DNA of 63,993 nt, counting the filler, from Dimargaris cristalligena (Eukaryota), in NCBI GenBank assembly GCA_003614675.1. It is 4 parts of 4 records of this genome, joined end to end, with 100 filler letters (N's around TTAATTAATTAA, not from the genome) between each part and the next. Parts side by side here need not be neighbours in the genome. Positions count along the whole stretch, not along the records: positions 1 to 16,846 come from ML002828.1; 3 more parts are not named here. One strand, 5' to 3'. This document shows, piece by piece, positions 1 through 11,602 of the stretch. The notes beneath the pieces are model-generated. The model was given only the letters and a program-made list of their open reading frames with translations. It did not search any database and was not told the origin of the DNA. The stretch's first letter is position 1, and each line of letters starts with the position of its first letter. The position numbers were made by a program, and so were the translations under genes.

Positions 1-340
1 CCCTTGCTGCCACCTCTTGGAACAGCAAGTCTATCATCACCTTTCCCTTTTATCACCTATCTTTTCGAGTAAAGTTCAGTTTTCAAGGATTTGAGTTCAG
101 TTCTTTACACCCCCTCAGTTTACTCAATAAACTCTATATATACTCACCCACCCCTGTATTAACCAAGTAAGTGTGTACCACTGCACATCCCTTATATAGT
201 TGCCATACTTGCCTTTATTGGGTTAGTACTACCCCATACCTGATGTTAGTAGCCCACTTGGCTGAGTCCCAGCCCTGCCTACCATTGGAAGCCTATCCCC
301 GGGACTCTTGACAGACTAAGAGTGGTTAATTTGGGTGACA
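1..340 (+). mobile_element. LTR-like repeat relic (3' part), CpG-depleted
   Basis: 108-340 aligns with 58290-58494 (aataaactctatata...gtaagtgtg..cactgcacatccct...gggactctt..agactaagagt..t.aa..tggg..aca). Contains AATAAA and both copies end in ACA. LTR identity is inferred. Confidence 0.6.
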
Positions 341-499
341 TTTACCTCATCAAATGGAGTTTTCATTGTACAGCCTTGTTGAACTACTCCCAGGTGGATT
401 AGATGGGCCAATAATTAGAATGTGTTAATCTTGTGAGTCTATTATGGGTACTCCATGTCTCTTTAAATGGATAACCTTACAGTAGGGGGAATATATTTT

Positions 500-2130
500 G
501 ATTATTAAATATCTTACTGAGAGGGGACTGTTCTGCATGGATTACTGAAAAATTAAATCTGGCAACAGAGAAGGTCTAGACAGCTAACTTTATCTTCATA
601 CTGGTGTAAGTAGTTCTCAGTACTATGTTGGCTAGTGCCCATGGACATGGACAAAAGTTTGGTCAGAATAGCTATAGTGAAACCTTAGGAGGCCTCAACA
701 CCATCACTGTGATAAGGACTGTGACTAGAGAAGTGATGGTGGTAATATTCATGGCAAAAATGGGTAAAGTAGAGCCAGTAGAGGTAGGGAAAGAGAGAGA
801 AAATACCCCTAATTAAAGCATCATATAATAATAGATGAGATAATTCACCTAAGATAATATATGTAGTATTTTTAGTCAAACTGAGCTGTAAATGTGCCTC
901 TTTATATATGGCATTACAATACTGAAGTGCACTCATTGATGGTCTTGCACCCACCAGCTTTCTCAGAAAGGTGATGGGGTATTACAGGATGGAGGGAGGA
1001 AGATTAGTCAAATTACAGGCATTAAAATTACCAGTGGTATAGATATTTGGTAAAACCAAAAGAGAATATGTAATCAAGCATAAGGATCTATAAAAGGATT
1101 TGGAAAATGGTACAAGGGATGCTAGAAGTACGATGCACACACTGGCAGAACAGGTGGTCTACCCCAACCGGACCACTGAGGATGGTTCCAAAGGATTGCA
1201 GGCCATCTGTGGTTTCAAGAAGGGGGGCGGTATCACATTACCTGATACATATATGTCCTAGTCAACTTGCTAAATGTAATTCACTGACCTTCATTTGATC
1301 TCCCCATTTATAATGAATGATATATTCACTTGTTACACGGGGGGTAGAAGTGGCTGGTATGTTAGATTAGCGAATGAAAGGAGTGGTTTTTACTAGAAAT
1401 GTATAGTGTGAAGTAAGTAATCAAGGGTATGAGTGGTATAAATACTAGTAAAAAATCATATGTAGCCAAGTTTGCCATTCTTGGATGACCGGGGTGTCTG
1501 AATGGTCGGACCCCTGGTTAATTGGATTCTTGGCCATATTGTTCTCTGGCGAGGGTACTATCTCATTATAATTGGCAAGGCTAGTCTCAGCCATAGTATA
1601 GGGATTTATACCTTCCTGACCACCTATTTTTGCGAGATTTTATTACACTAGGTAACAGGTGGGGAAGATAGATCTTGTGATTTATGCCCATTGTTATTGC
1701 CTCCACCAGCCAGTCCGGTATGGCATGATCTCCCCAATCCAATGCCCAATATAAATATCATGGGTGTTATCATACTTCCACAGTTCCATAATAATGCCTT
1801 TACTTATTATTTTGTTATAGACGGATAATAAAGTTAGGGGAAATAGCGTCTTACCAAACTATCTAAAACCAGTGGGTATGGTGGAAGTAGGAAACTGAAA
1901 GATGTGAAATATGACACTCCTCACTATCCATTTCAACTTTCAGTTTAACTTATTAAGTGATGGTTTGTTTTAATAATAAAAATTTCACTACGCAATAGCT
2001 GGTTTTTGGGCCAAGTCACCTTGCTGATGATGTGGAGGGGGTTCTTATGGGTAGTCCCTAGAATAAAGTCAGTGAGTGTAGTCAGCCAATTTTGGGAGGC
2101 AAGACAACCTAAGTTAGAAAATTAGCCATT
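500..2130 (+). repeat. Segmental direct duplication, copy A (paralogous to ~8815-10330)
   Basis: Colinear matches, e.g. aattcactgacct, tatggcatgatctcccca, catacttccacag, ttttgggaggcaag. One indel of roughly 170 bp. Confidence 0.9.
515..752 (-). pseudogene. Pseudogene copy of the small secreted Cys-rich prepropeptide at 8824-9072
   Basis: Starts MNITTITSLVTVLIT (cf. MKFTIITSLVAVLIA). Apparent frameshift plus premature stops; many differences are C>T/G>A. Confidence 0.85.
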
Positions 2131-2418
2131 ACCAGCAGCCTCTGTTAAAAATGACGTCCCGATGGGTCTATTATTATATCCTGTTTCTATCTAGTTTTGT
2201 TTGTTTATTGGGCAATTATATATTCTCTCATTTTAATTATTTAACATACCCGCTGTCAACTACACTATTCAATACAACTGACCATCTAAAAGCACCTACT
2301 ATCCTCTAGCTATATTCCTCCCTTCTGCACAGGTTTCTTGATACAATTTATTAATACCAACATTAGGTCCCGTGGTGGCCTTCGCCATTCCCCAAGATCT
2401 AAAAAAATATTGGTTAGG

Positions 2419-3894
2419 CTACCCTTTAAATGCTTTACATAGGACCGGCCATGCCGTCTTCGGGAATTGGCTTTGACTCTCAATCGACAGTGTATAATAA
2501 TCCAGAAGATGCCGCTCAATACTGTGTCGGAAAATCAGCCTTTTGAGATTAGACAACCGACAAGTTACCGAGATATTTCCCTGGAGAGGATTGCGGCTGC
2601 ACAGAATACAGAGAAACATCAGTGATTCACTATTCAACTCCCCATTGATAAAATCACTCAGCTCATCGAGACTGGTGAAGCTAAGCACCAGACTGCGCAA
2701 TTTGGTCCACTGGGGCAGCCAGTGGGCACACAACAAACCCATGGCGGGGCAGTTCGTGATACGTAGGTACCGTATATTGGGGGCATTTTGGGCCATTCGG
2801 GATGCCATTTGACTATTCAAGGGGAAGTGGCTGAGTATCAAGGATTCTAACTTGGGCCAGCGTTGTCCGATGATCTGAAGGAAACCTGCGGCCATTTTGT
2901 TCTGGTTTGTAAAATTCATTTGTGGGTCAAAAATAACTGGTGCTGTTGTAAAACCCAGGCGCTTTAAATTGGGGTAGTCAGTGGGGTTTAGGGCCCTGAA
3001 ATCCACAGGATCCTCTGCCTTAAATACGAATTGCAGGTGAAGGGCCGTCAAATTCCTAAAATTGATCTGGTTGGGGGAGTGGAAGATTGCACAGTCCCAA
3101 TTGATACTTCCTATTTGCAATGTAGTAAGACCGGGCCACTTCTGTATGATCGCCTGGGCCAACTGTCGATCGATGTTCGGCATAGTCAGAGATAGACATT
3201 TCAATCTTTTAAATGGTGCCAAAAACTGGAACAGCCAGGTCAAATCGATGGGAGTTTGACAGTCGAAGCAAAGTCTGGTAATACGGCCCAGGAACTTAAG
3301 CACCTTGGGGGAATGGCTGTAAAAGAAATCCGGCCAGCTCATTTCTGGAACACTATTCCCGCCCCAAATCACTCCGGGACTGTGGGTGATCGTGGTGATG
3401 GACATGGTGCGAGAGGGTGACCGCCAGGGAAGGTCGGCAGCGAGCTGTTCTATAATTCGGGGCCAGGATGAGGCAAGAGAGTTAACGTAGAAGTTGAGAC
3501 TCTTCCAATGGGTGACCTGTTTCAAGAAGTTGACGTGGCGGCGGTACAAGTACGGCCACTCTAAATTGAATACCGGCTCATCGGCTATCTTTATAGTCAG
3601 GTTCTGCAAGGCGTCCGGGTACTGGCGCGCGAGATTATGGTAAAACTCCGGTTGGTTATTTAATTCCGTCCATAGAACTCTTCGGAAACAGATTAAAGGG
3701 GACGCTTTCCTCCACCCCACCAGCCATTTCAGTGCTCGGCAAAGGACCCCTATGTTGCGTTGTTCCCAATCATTGCAGTGGCTTAGAATTTTCTTCCCTA
3801 GTTTATCGTACTCCGTGATGAATACATAGTGGAATAGTTCCCACCCGGCAGATGACGCGGCGGAGGAGTTATTGATGAATGGCGTATGGGACAT
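2419..3894 (-). CDS. F-box-like/leucine-rich-repeat protein, 491 aa, intronless
   Basis: LRR-like units (LKCLSL, LTTLQI, LTALHL, LKRLGF, LESLIL, LRSLVL) and a degenerate N-terminal F-box-like segment (KILSHCNDWEQRNIGVLCRALKWL). Clear paralog of 5797-7227. Confidence 0.8.
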   Translation of the reverse strand: MSHTPFINNSSAASSAGWELFHYVFITEYDKLGKKILSHCNDWEQRNIGVLCRALKWLVGWRKASPLICFRRVLWTELNNQPEFYHNLARQYPDALQNLTIKIADEPVFNLEWPYLYRRHVNFLKQVTHWKSLNFYVNSLASSWPRIIEQLAADLPWRSPSRTMSITTITHSPGVIWGGNSVPEMSWPDFFYSHSPKVLKFLGRITRLCFDCQTPIDLTWLFQFLAPFKRLKCLSLTMPNIDRQLAQAIIQKWPGLTTLQIGSINWDCAIFHSPNQINFRNLTALHLQFVFKAEDPVDFRALNPTDYPNLKRLGFTTAPVIFDPQMNFTNQNKMAAGFLQIIGQRWPKLESLILSHFPLNSQMASRMAQNAPNIRYLRITNCPAMGLLCAHWLPQWTKLRSLVLSFTSLDELSDFINGELNSESLMFLCILCSRNPLQGNISVTCRLSNLKRLIFRHSIERHLLDYYTLSIESQSQFPKTAWPVLCKAFKG

Positions 3895-4019
3895 AGTGGG
3901 GAAAGTAAATGGGGAAAACTGAACCTCGAACGGGTGGGGAATAAAGGCGAAAACAGTGATCGATAAGTTTCGATTTTAAAGAGTGGAAATTTAACGATGT
4001 GCGAGATTGGGGCGGTTGT

Positions 4020-4400
4020 TTGAACTTGCTTCGGAGAGGTTAGGTGGTAATGGTTAAATATTGATCAATTTACAGCCAACAAACTAAAAGGTGAGGAGAT
4101 GTGCAAATGGTGCGATATGGTTAATACCAAAGAATATAAGGTGGGCTGCTTTTATACCTCTCTTGGAGGTATAGATGATACCTTCGCTCACTTAACAATC
4201 GACTAAGCTTAAGGCCGTCAAGCCACTGGAAAGTTATTTATGAAAGGAAATTGCTGCAATTGCTACTATTCATGGAAAAGACACCGTCTGATTAAGAACC
4301 ACAATGTTTGGCCACTATCATACGGTGGAAGTATTATTACCAAGAACACTGTAAACAACGCTAATGGCATTTGAAGGATATCTGGTTAAGCTCTCATTCA
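4020..4400 (-). promoter_or_regulatory. Upstream region, inverted homolog of ~5280-5690, with TATA-like element
   Basis: gagatgtgcaaatggtgcgatatggttaa vs reverse complement of ttaactatatcgcaccattagcacatctc. TATAAAA lies at equivalent positions (~4150 minus, ~5551 plus). Confidence 0.75.
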
Positions 4401-4747
4401 AGGACGCCGTGGAACTCAACTTCCGGTTCCATAGAGTTCTGATTGCTGAACTACATCTTCCCCCGAGTGCCATTTAATGTGTTGGGTTTTTCAAGCGAAC
4501 ATATTGGTCGAGATTATACCCAATAAATTACACCATGTTAAGCATAATCCTATCCTTGCGGTTCTTTTCATATTTTATCCATTTTGGAATAACACCATTG
4601 AGAGAACCAGCGGTTATACGAACATTAATAGCAAAACGGAAGCACACTCAGCTATTATGACACGCACCACTTCAATGTGATAGATATTCATCAATCACCA
4701 GTCAACAAGAGCAGTGGTTAAGCCACTAATCCGTCGGAAGAGGGTTG

Positions 4748-4985
4748 TAATAATGAGACCGTTTCCCCCTAATAGATGGGACTCCACCGTTAATGACCAA
4801 TGACAATAGTTCAATATTGGGACAGTTAGTCTTGGAAGCCATTCTTTTTTCATTTTCTTTTGTCTATTGTAGTAGAGGGGCTTCCTCCCTCGCCTTTTTA
4901 CCCCGTATCTTCACTCTCGCTTTTCTGCACATAAGGCGCCCTTCCTACTTTTTCCCGTTGTATTCGGGTTCTATTTCGCCTATAT
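4748..4985 (-). repeat. Dispersed repeat fragment homologous to 56265-56495
   Basis: Reverse complement ggcttccaagactaactgtcccaatattgaactattgtcattggtcattaacggtggagtccc matches gctgcaaggctgactgtccctatatttgaatattatcattggttaataaaggtggagtccc. Confidence 0.8.
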
Positions 4986-5796
4986 CACGGCGACCAGTCT
5001 AATGGCCGCCCCTCATTACGTATCAAAATTGGCCAATAAAGTACTGTGCAGGTAATAATGAGTGACATTGGCTATTAAAGGCAGAGGGATCGCCTCTACA
5101 AGGGACACTGTCGCGATACTCCACCCCAGTACGTCGGTGGCTTTAACTCCAGTATTGTTGATTGGCGATTGATGAGCACCTGGCATTAGATTGTTGAATA
5201 TTTTGATGGCTGAGCAGGCTTTTATTCCGCCATTATACCACAATGGGATTGGTAATTGATGTGAAAGGCGTCGCTAAATAGGGGCTTGGCCAGACGTCCT
5301 TCAAATGACATGAGCGATTATAAAGCCCTTCGTAATAACACTCCCATTGTATTATGGTGGCCGGACGTTGTGGTTTTTTTTTTGTACTGGCTTTGTGAAG
5401 TGCCTCGATTCTATATCAGAGAGCGGTCATTTCATTGATGGTAGCAATCGCGGCAATTGCCATGTAGGATTGATTTGCCCTTGAATGGGTAGTCTTTAAC
5501 CCAACTGTCTGTACAATAAGCTGTGATGCCGAATATACCCCCCGGAGAGATATAAAACCGACCCACTTTTCTTTAGTTTTAACTATATCGCACCATTAGC
5601 ACATCTCATTTTCTAGTTTGTTTACCGCAAATTGGACGATCTCCTGCCATTGTCACTTAACTCCTTCGAAGTAAAAATTTAACCATCGCCCTATCCTATA
5701 TATTTTTAAACCTCTCCTTATCTACAATCATTTCACCACTATACGTGACCCGTTTGAGCTACAGCTTACCACGCTTTATCCCCAATTATAGTCCGT

Positions 5797-7227
5797 ATGT
5801 CCATCTCCCGTAACCCCACTCCCGCACCATCCCCCGGGTGGAAACTACTTCACTATGTATTCGACGCGGACCAAGCTGCAATAGGGGCCATCATTCTAGG
5901 CTATTGCAATTCTTTGGAACGATGCAATATAGGGATCCTATGTAGCTCGTTGTACTGGCTGATGGCGTGGAGAAACGGGAGCATGTCTACCTACAGGGAG
6001 ATAGTTTCCATGACGCGGATTAGTCAACGGCCGACTTATTACCGCCTTCTCGTGAGCAAGTACCCGGAAGCCCTGCAGAGCCTACTTTTTTCAACCGACA
6101 TTGAGCCCAGATTGGAATTAGAGTGGGAGAGTATGTTCCGCCGCCACGTCCACCTCCTGAATAGGGTCACCCACTGGAAGACTCTCACTTTCCACATCGA
6201 TTCCCTTGCCCCACTCTGGCCCCGGATCATGCACTATCTCGTTGATAACTTGCCTTGGTGGTTGCCTTCCCGCAACCTGCACATTATAACGGCCACCCAC
6301 TATCTCAAAGGTGATGGGTGCTGGTACCAGGTTGAACATAAGGACTGGTTAGGGTTATTTTATTATTGTTTCCCTCGTGTGGTCCAATTCCTAGGCCATA
6401 TTACCCGGCTTACTTTTAAGTGTCAGACCCCTATCGATAATGATTGGATGCTCCGGTTTCTAGCGCCCTTTACCGGGTTGAAGCAACTAAAACTAGAAAT
6501 CCCGATGATTAATCACCAGTTGACTCAGGAAATCGCACAACGCTGGCCCGGTCTCATCTCGCTAAGACTGAAAGGCAATTATTTGGCCAATCCAGTGGAA
6601 TTTGCCCCCAGTCTGGGTGCATTTAGAAACTTGACGACCCTCGATCTGGGGCTGATGGTTAGGGAGGGGGACCAAGTGGATTTGAGGGCCCTTAACCCCA
6701 CCGACTACCCCCATTTAAGGCGCCTGCTCTTGTGCGCCGCACTTACCCAAGAGTTCCAGGTACGAACCCCCGTTATATTGGATGGAATGTCCGTGGGCTT
6801 CCTCCAGTTCATCAGTCGGTGCTGGCCCCAGTTGAAATCCTTGACGCTCATGCGCATCTACTTGGATGGTCAAATGGCGGACCTGCTGGCAAAAAATGCC
6901 CCCAATCTACGTATTTTACGCATTATGAGTTGCCCTTCCATGGGTGATTTGTGTACCCAATGGCTGTCCAAATGTACTAATTTGCGCAATCTGGTGCTTA
7001 GTTTCACTGATAGCGAGGAGCTGGAGAGATTTGTGATAAATGGGCTTTATAGTGAAACATTGACGTTTCTCTGTATTATGACTTGTTATAATATACCGGA
7101 TACCTCCCGTTTGAATATTCGATTACCCAATATCGTAAGGGTAGTTTACCGGAATTTAATCAACCCACAGGCTCTATATTCTAACCCCGCTAATGTCGAA
7201 TTTCTATGCATGGACTCGGGGCTTTAG
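5797..7227 (+). CDS. F-box-like/leucine-rich-repeat protein, 476 aa, intronless
   Basis: Paralog of 2419-3894 (shared GW.L.HYVF, VTHWK.L.F, RALNPTDYP, NAPN.R.LRI..CP.MG.LC..WL). Confidence 0.8.
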   Translation: MSISRNPTPAPSPGWKLLHYVFDADQAAIGAIILGYCNSLERCNIGILCSSLYWLMAWRNGSMSTYREIVSMTRISQRPTYYRLLVSKYPEALQSLLFSTDIEPRLELEWESMFRRHVHLLNRVTHWKTLTFHIDSLAPLWPRIMHYLVDNLPWWLPSRNLHIITATHYLKGDGCWYQVEHKDWLGLFYYCFPRVVQFLGHITRLTFKCQTPIDNDWMLRFLAPFTGLKQLKLEIPMINHQLTQEIAQRWPGLISLRLKGNYLANPVEFAPSLGAFRNLTTLDLGLMVREGDQVDLRALNPTDYPHLRRLLLCAALTQEFQVRTPVILDGMSVGFLQFISRCWPQLKSLTLMRIYLDGQMADLLAKNAPNLRILRIMSCPSMGDLCTQWLSKCTNLRNLVLSFTDSEELERFVINGLYSETLTFLCIMTCYNIPDTSRLNIRLPNIVRVVYRNLINPQALYSNPANVEFLCMDSGL

Positions 7228-8823
7228 CTTCAATAACTCAAGAACTTGAATAGTTAATATTTAGTGGTGGTTTATCATTCTAACTCATTTTTTTCACTAG
7301 TAAACTGGTGGATTATTTACATATAAGATTTTAATTTCTTTCTTATTAAATTTACAATTGGATAGTGCCAGAAACTAAGCAATATCGGCATCCTTAGTAT
7401 TGATATTTATATAAATAATGGCTTTGCCATTATTTGAAGTTTGCAAGTTATTTTTCTTAAATACATTTTTGCTAATTTAGGGTATTCATCAATTATTATG
7501 AACAACGGATTCTCAACATTGAATTATATTATCGGCACTCAGGGCAATTGTATCACAGGCTATAGGCATTGGAACAGCTTTATATGCCGCGAAGACTAAG
7601 GGCATAGGCCTAGAACCAATATAATTTTTCCGGGAAATACTACTAATAAATATGATGAAGGTGTATCATAATGAAGACGGAATGATGAATAGTGAATATA
7701 GTGGTATTGAATAGGTGAATAGAGAAGTGTAAATTGCTGAAGGGAGCTGACTCGCTTACCTCCCGCTACTGAGCAAACTCAGTGATGACAGCTCTTACAA
7801 CCCCACTGAGGAGTTAGCGGTGAGCGCCTTGGTTATTGAGCATTGTAATAATTCGAAGACTCCCCCAGTATTGTTGAAATGTGGACATCTCTAATCACAT
7901 CCGAATCGACGTGTCTCTCTAGACATTAGCTGGAATATTATTAAGGATAGTGGTTGGGAACCTTTTATCTACGTCCCTGCCTTTAGTAGCTCGGAGTGGA
8001 TTCATTCTAGTGAAGTAGGCTCTGTCTTTGGCCTATGGGCTGGAGATAATCACTAACGGGATTGTTAAAAGAGCGTGACGTATGAGCGGTTTTTATTAAG
8101 GAAAGAATATAAGTGGTATAGACTTGCCGAAGCGATGTGAACGCTAGTAAACTGAAAAACAAGAGTACGCATCCGATGTTTATTTATATGGGCCGTAACA
8201 GGGATCCGGGAAAGCTAAGGAGGGTCAATAACATATTCATCGGACCTTCTGGAAAAGTGTTCTAGATGACGGAATTAGTGGTGTCCTCAGAGGGTGTCAA
8301 TTTACCAGGGGTCCCTATGCTAGACATATGTCGCTGGAATGAATCCTCAGTCAAAGATGCTACGGCTGGAACATCAGGATTAGTGGAATCCATGGGATCC
8401 AAAGGAACCTCGCTACTTTGATGCCCGGGGTCTGACCCTGTATTGGCTGCGGATGTAACAGGATAAAATGAAAATTCAAACCTAATTCTAGACCCTTATA
8501 GACACAGCCTCGATGGGCATTGCAGGAAAGCAATCAACACCGTTTATTACATTTATATCATTAAGTCCATACTTTGGCCGCATGGTTTGCCATATTTTCC
8601 CCATAACTAAGTATAGGGGAACATAGATGGAAGGCTCTTTAAGTAGTTATAATTGAGGACATGAAAGTGATCTACTTGGCGTTAATTTTTTAATATATAT
8701 ATATATATTTATATATACTCAGAATAGGACAGCTGGAATGTTTGAATCTCATAAGTCCTCTATGGGGACCCAATGTCTCTCTAGGCGGACAACCTTGCGA
8801 CGGGGGGTGCTAAATTTTGATTG

Positions 8824-9072
8824 TCAAGCTTCTTCATAATAGGCGAGTGTTCCGCACGGATCACTGAAAAACGAAATCCAGCAGCAGAAAAAGCCCAGAC
8901 AGCCGACCTCGTCTTCACGCCGGTGTAGGTGGTTTTCGGTGCCATGTTGGTTAGTGCCTATGGACGTGGGCGAAAGTTTAGCCAAACAGGCTGTCGGGCA
9001 ACCCTGGGGGGCTCCTGACACCGTCGCTGCAATAAGAACTGCGACTAGAGAAGTGATGATGGTAAACTTCAT
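8824..9072 (-). CDS. Small secreted Cys-rich prepropeptide, 82 aa
   Basis: Signal peptide MKFTIITSLVAVLIAATVSG, pro-region ending HRR, then EDEVGCLGFFCCWISFFSDPCGTLAYYEEA. TATAAAAA on the minus strand at ~9230. Confidence 0.8.
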   Translation of the reverse strand: MKFTIITSLVAVLIAATVSGAPQGCPTACLAKLSPTSIGTNQHGTENHLHRREDEVGCLGFFCCWISFFSDPCGTLAYYEEA

Positions 9073-10047
9073 GGTGAAAATGGGTAGAGTGGAGCTGGTG
9101 GAGGTAGGAAAAGGTATTAAAAACAAATGTTTGAATTTAACCGGCCGATAGTGATAAACGAGATATTGTACCTAAGAGGCGCGATGTGTATAATATTTCA
9201 AGTCAAACTGGGTCGGCGATGGACCTCTTTTTATATGGCGTTGTGATAATCAAGTGCGCTCATTGATGGTCTGATACTCCCCGGGCTTTCTCAACAGGGC
9301 TATGAGATACGCCGGGGAGAGGATGCAGGGAAAAATAATCAAGGCATTGAAAACACCGGCGGCATAGATATTTGGCAAAACCGAAAGAGGACATGCAACC
9401 AGGCATGAGGATCCATAAAGGATTTGGAAGGTGGTACAAGGGATGCTACAAGTCCGATGCACACGCTGGTCGAACAGGGCGTCTCCCCCAACTCGGCCGC
9501 CGAGAATGGACCTGAGGGATGGTAGGTCACCTGTGGATTGAAGGAGTAGACGGTATTGGGTTATCTGGTACATCCCTGTTCTAGTCGACTTGCTAAATAC
9601 AATTCACTGACCTCCATTTGATCACCCCGTTTATAATGAATGGTGTATTTCTTTATGACGCGGGGGTAGAAGCGGCTGGTCCATCTGGAAGCCGCCAGGT
9701 ACAAACCATAATCATACTTGGCCATAGAATAGGGGCTAATATCTTGTTAACCACCTATGTTCGCGTTATCTTGTTACACTAGGTAGCGGGTGGGGAAGGG
9801 TGGATATTGGGATTTATGCTCATTGCTATTGCCTTCACCAGCCATTCCAGTATGGCATGATCTCCCCAACCCAATCCCCAATATAAATGCCACAGACGGC
9901 ACCATACTTCCACAGGAATACCTTGGTTAAATATATTATTATAGCTGGGTAATTCAGTTGGGAGAAATGGCGTCTTGCCGAGCCATCTAAAATCAGAAAA
10001 TAGCTGGATGATGGAGGCGGGGAAATAATGGACGTGAAATACCCCGC

Positions 10048-10161
10048 ACCTTAACCTTCACTTTAACTTGCAGTTTTTTTATATAACCTTAACCTTCACT
10101 TTAACTTGCAGTTTTTTTATATAACCTTAACCTTCACTTTAACTTACAGTTTTTTTATATA
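10048..10161 (+). repeat. Tandem repeat, 3 x 38 bp
   Basis: Unit accttaaccttcactttaacttgcagtttttttatata starts at 10048, 10086 and 10124 (one g>a change in unit 3). Confidence 0.95.
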
Positions 10162-11602
10162 ATTAGCGAGCATTTCAAAAAATGATAAAAATAGCACCCG
10201 GAAACTAATTTTAGGGAAATGCTATCTTGCTGATGAGGTGGGGTGGGGTGGATTCTTTCGGATAGTCCCCAGAATGGGATCAGTGATTGAAGTCGGTACA
10301 TTTTGGGAGGCAAGCCTGCCCTAATTAATGAATTAGCCGCCTTGATACGATGGGGGCCGTTGGTCAAATGCCGAACTGTCCATTATAACGAACCCAGTAA
10401 GGAAATCCGCGTGGCTACTCCTACTGATTTTTGACGGATGGCCGCCACCAAGGTATTACTGAACAATGTATACACTTTCCCATAGTCGAGGACGGATGGA
10501 GCGAAATGTACCACCCTACCCACATGCACCAGCAGCCCCCCAATGCAACTGCCAATTCAGAGTACGGAAAGGGGTATACTGTTTGCTTTTATCGTTGGAA
10601 TGAAGCGCTGAATCACCCTCGCCTTCTCTCCGTAGCTTTTCAGACGACGACAGTTGTGCGGCCTATATATCGAACTGTACGAGGATGCTAAACAACCGGA
10701 CCCTCCCGCCAATACCGGGCGCACTCTCTTATTGCCCCCCTTCTAAGGTGGATTGTCGATCTTGGAGAGGATATAGAATTGCCTCCAGGTTGTCGTGGGT
10801 GATAAAATGCCGATTGGGAGAGGGGCAAGGGTGCTTATTTGTACAGCAGTATGTACGTGTATATATATACTGAAGGGTGATTTTATTCACGGGGAAGACT
10901 GCTGGACAGACCAATCATAGTGAATAGTGAGGAGGGAGATTCCAGTTGCCATCATTGGCCATGTGCGACCCTCTCTCTCTCTCACTTTATTCTCCTGACT
11001 ATCTTTTTTTCATCACGGCGATGGTGGCGATTGGCTAGGGGAGGATATAGCGCATGTACTCACCAACCAACTGCCCAGGCCTGATAATAGGTATGCTCCT
11101 CCTTCCCCAACCCCTCTCTCTGGCTCCTTCCTTTCCTCCCTTTCTTTCATTTTGTTTGGCCGTTGTGTGCGTGTTGGCATTGCCACTTGTTGATTCGTCA
11201 AGTTTGTGCTGCCTTAGTTATATATATATATATATATAGTTTACCCGTTGGACTCTCGGCGATCCATCCATCTCCTTGCATTTCCTCATACTTACGTAAG
11301 CCCAATAGATATATATTATATATATACTCGGCCCCCTTGTCTCTCTCCTCACTCTCTTTATTCCCCGTTCTTTTCCTTCTTACACTATCTATCTCTGCTC
11401 TTCTGGCACATACCAGTCCGTTCCCCTTTGCCTCCTCTAATACACCCCTATTTCTCGAGTTGATAGATAGTATAGTAGTGTAGTCGAGTGCCGCCACCTC
11501 TGCCCATTCTCTCCCTACTTCTTCTTCATTCTCTCATTGCCCGTCCTTATTTTTTTTTAAAAAATATCTATATATTCATTTCGTATTTCTTTGCGCATAG
11601 CC

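Larger units (their letters stand above)
8815..10330 (+). repeat. Segmental direct duplication, copy B (paralogous to ~500-2130)
   Basis: See copy A. This copy retains its CpGs. Confidence 0.9.

Noticed and set aside
7740..8480. Coding-like stretch on the minus strand (VTSAANTGSDPGHQSSEVPLDP...) with stops
   Set aside because: Probably a decayed gene, but there is no recognisable family, start or boundary.
10048..10161. Possible CRISPR-like array
   Set aside because: Units are contiguous with no unique spacers; eukaryotic context with no cas genes.
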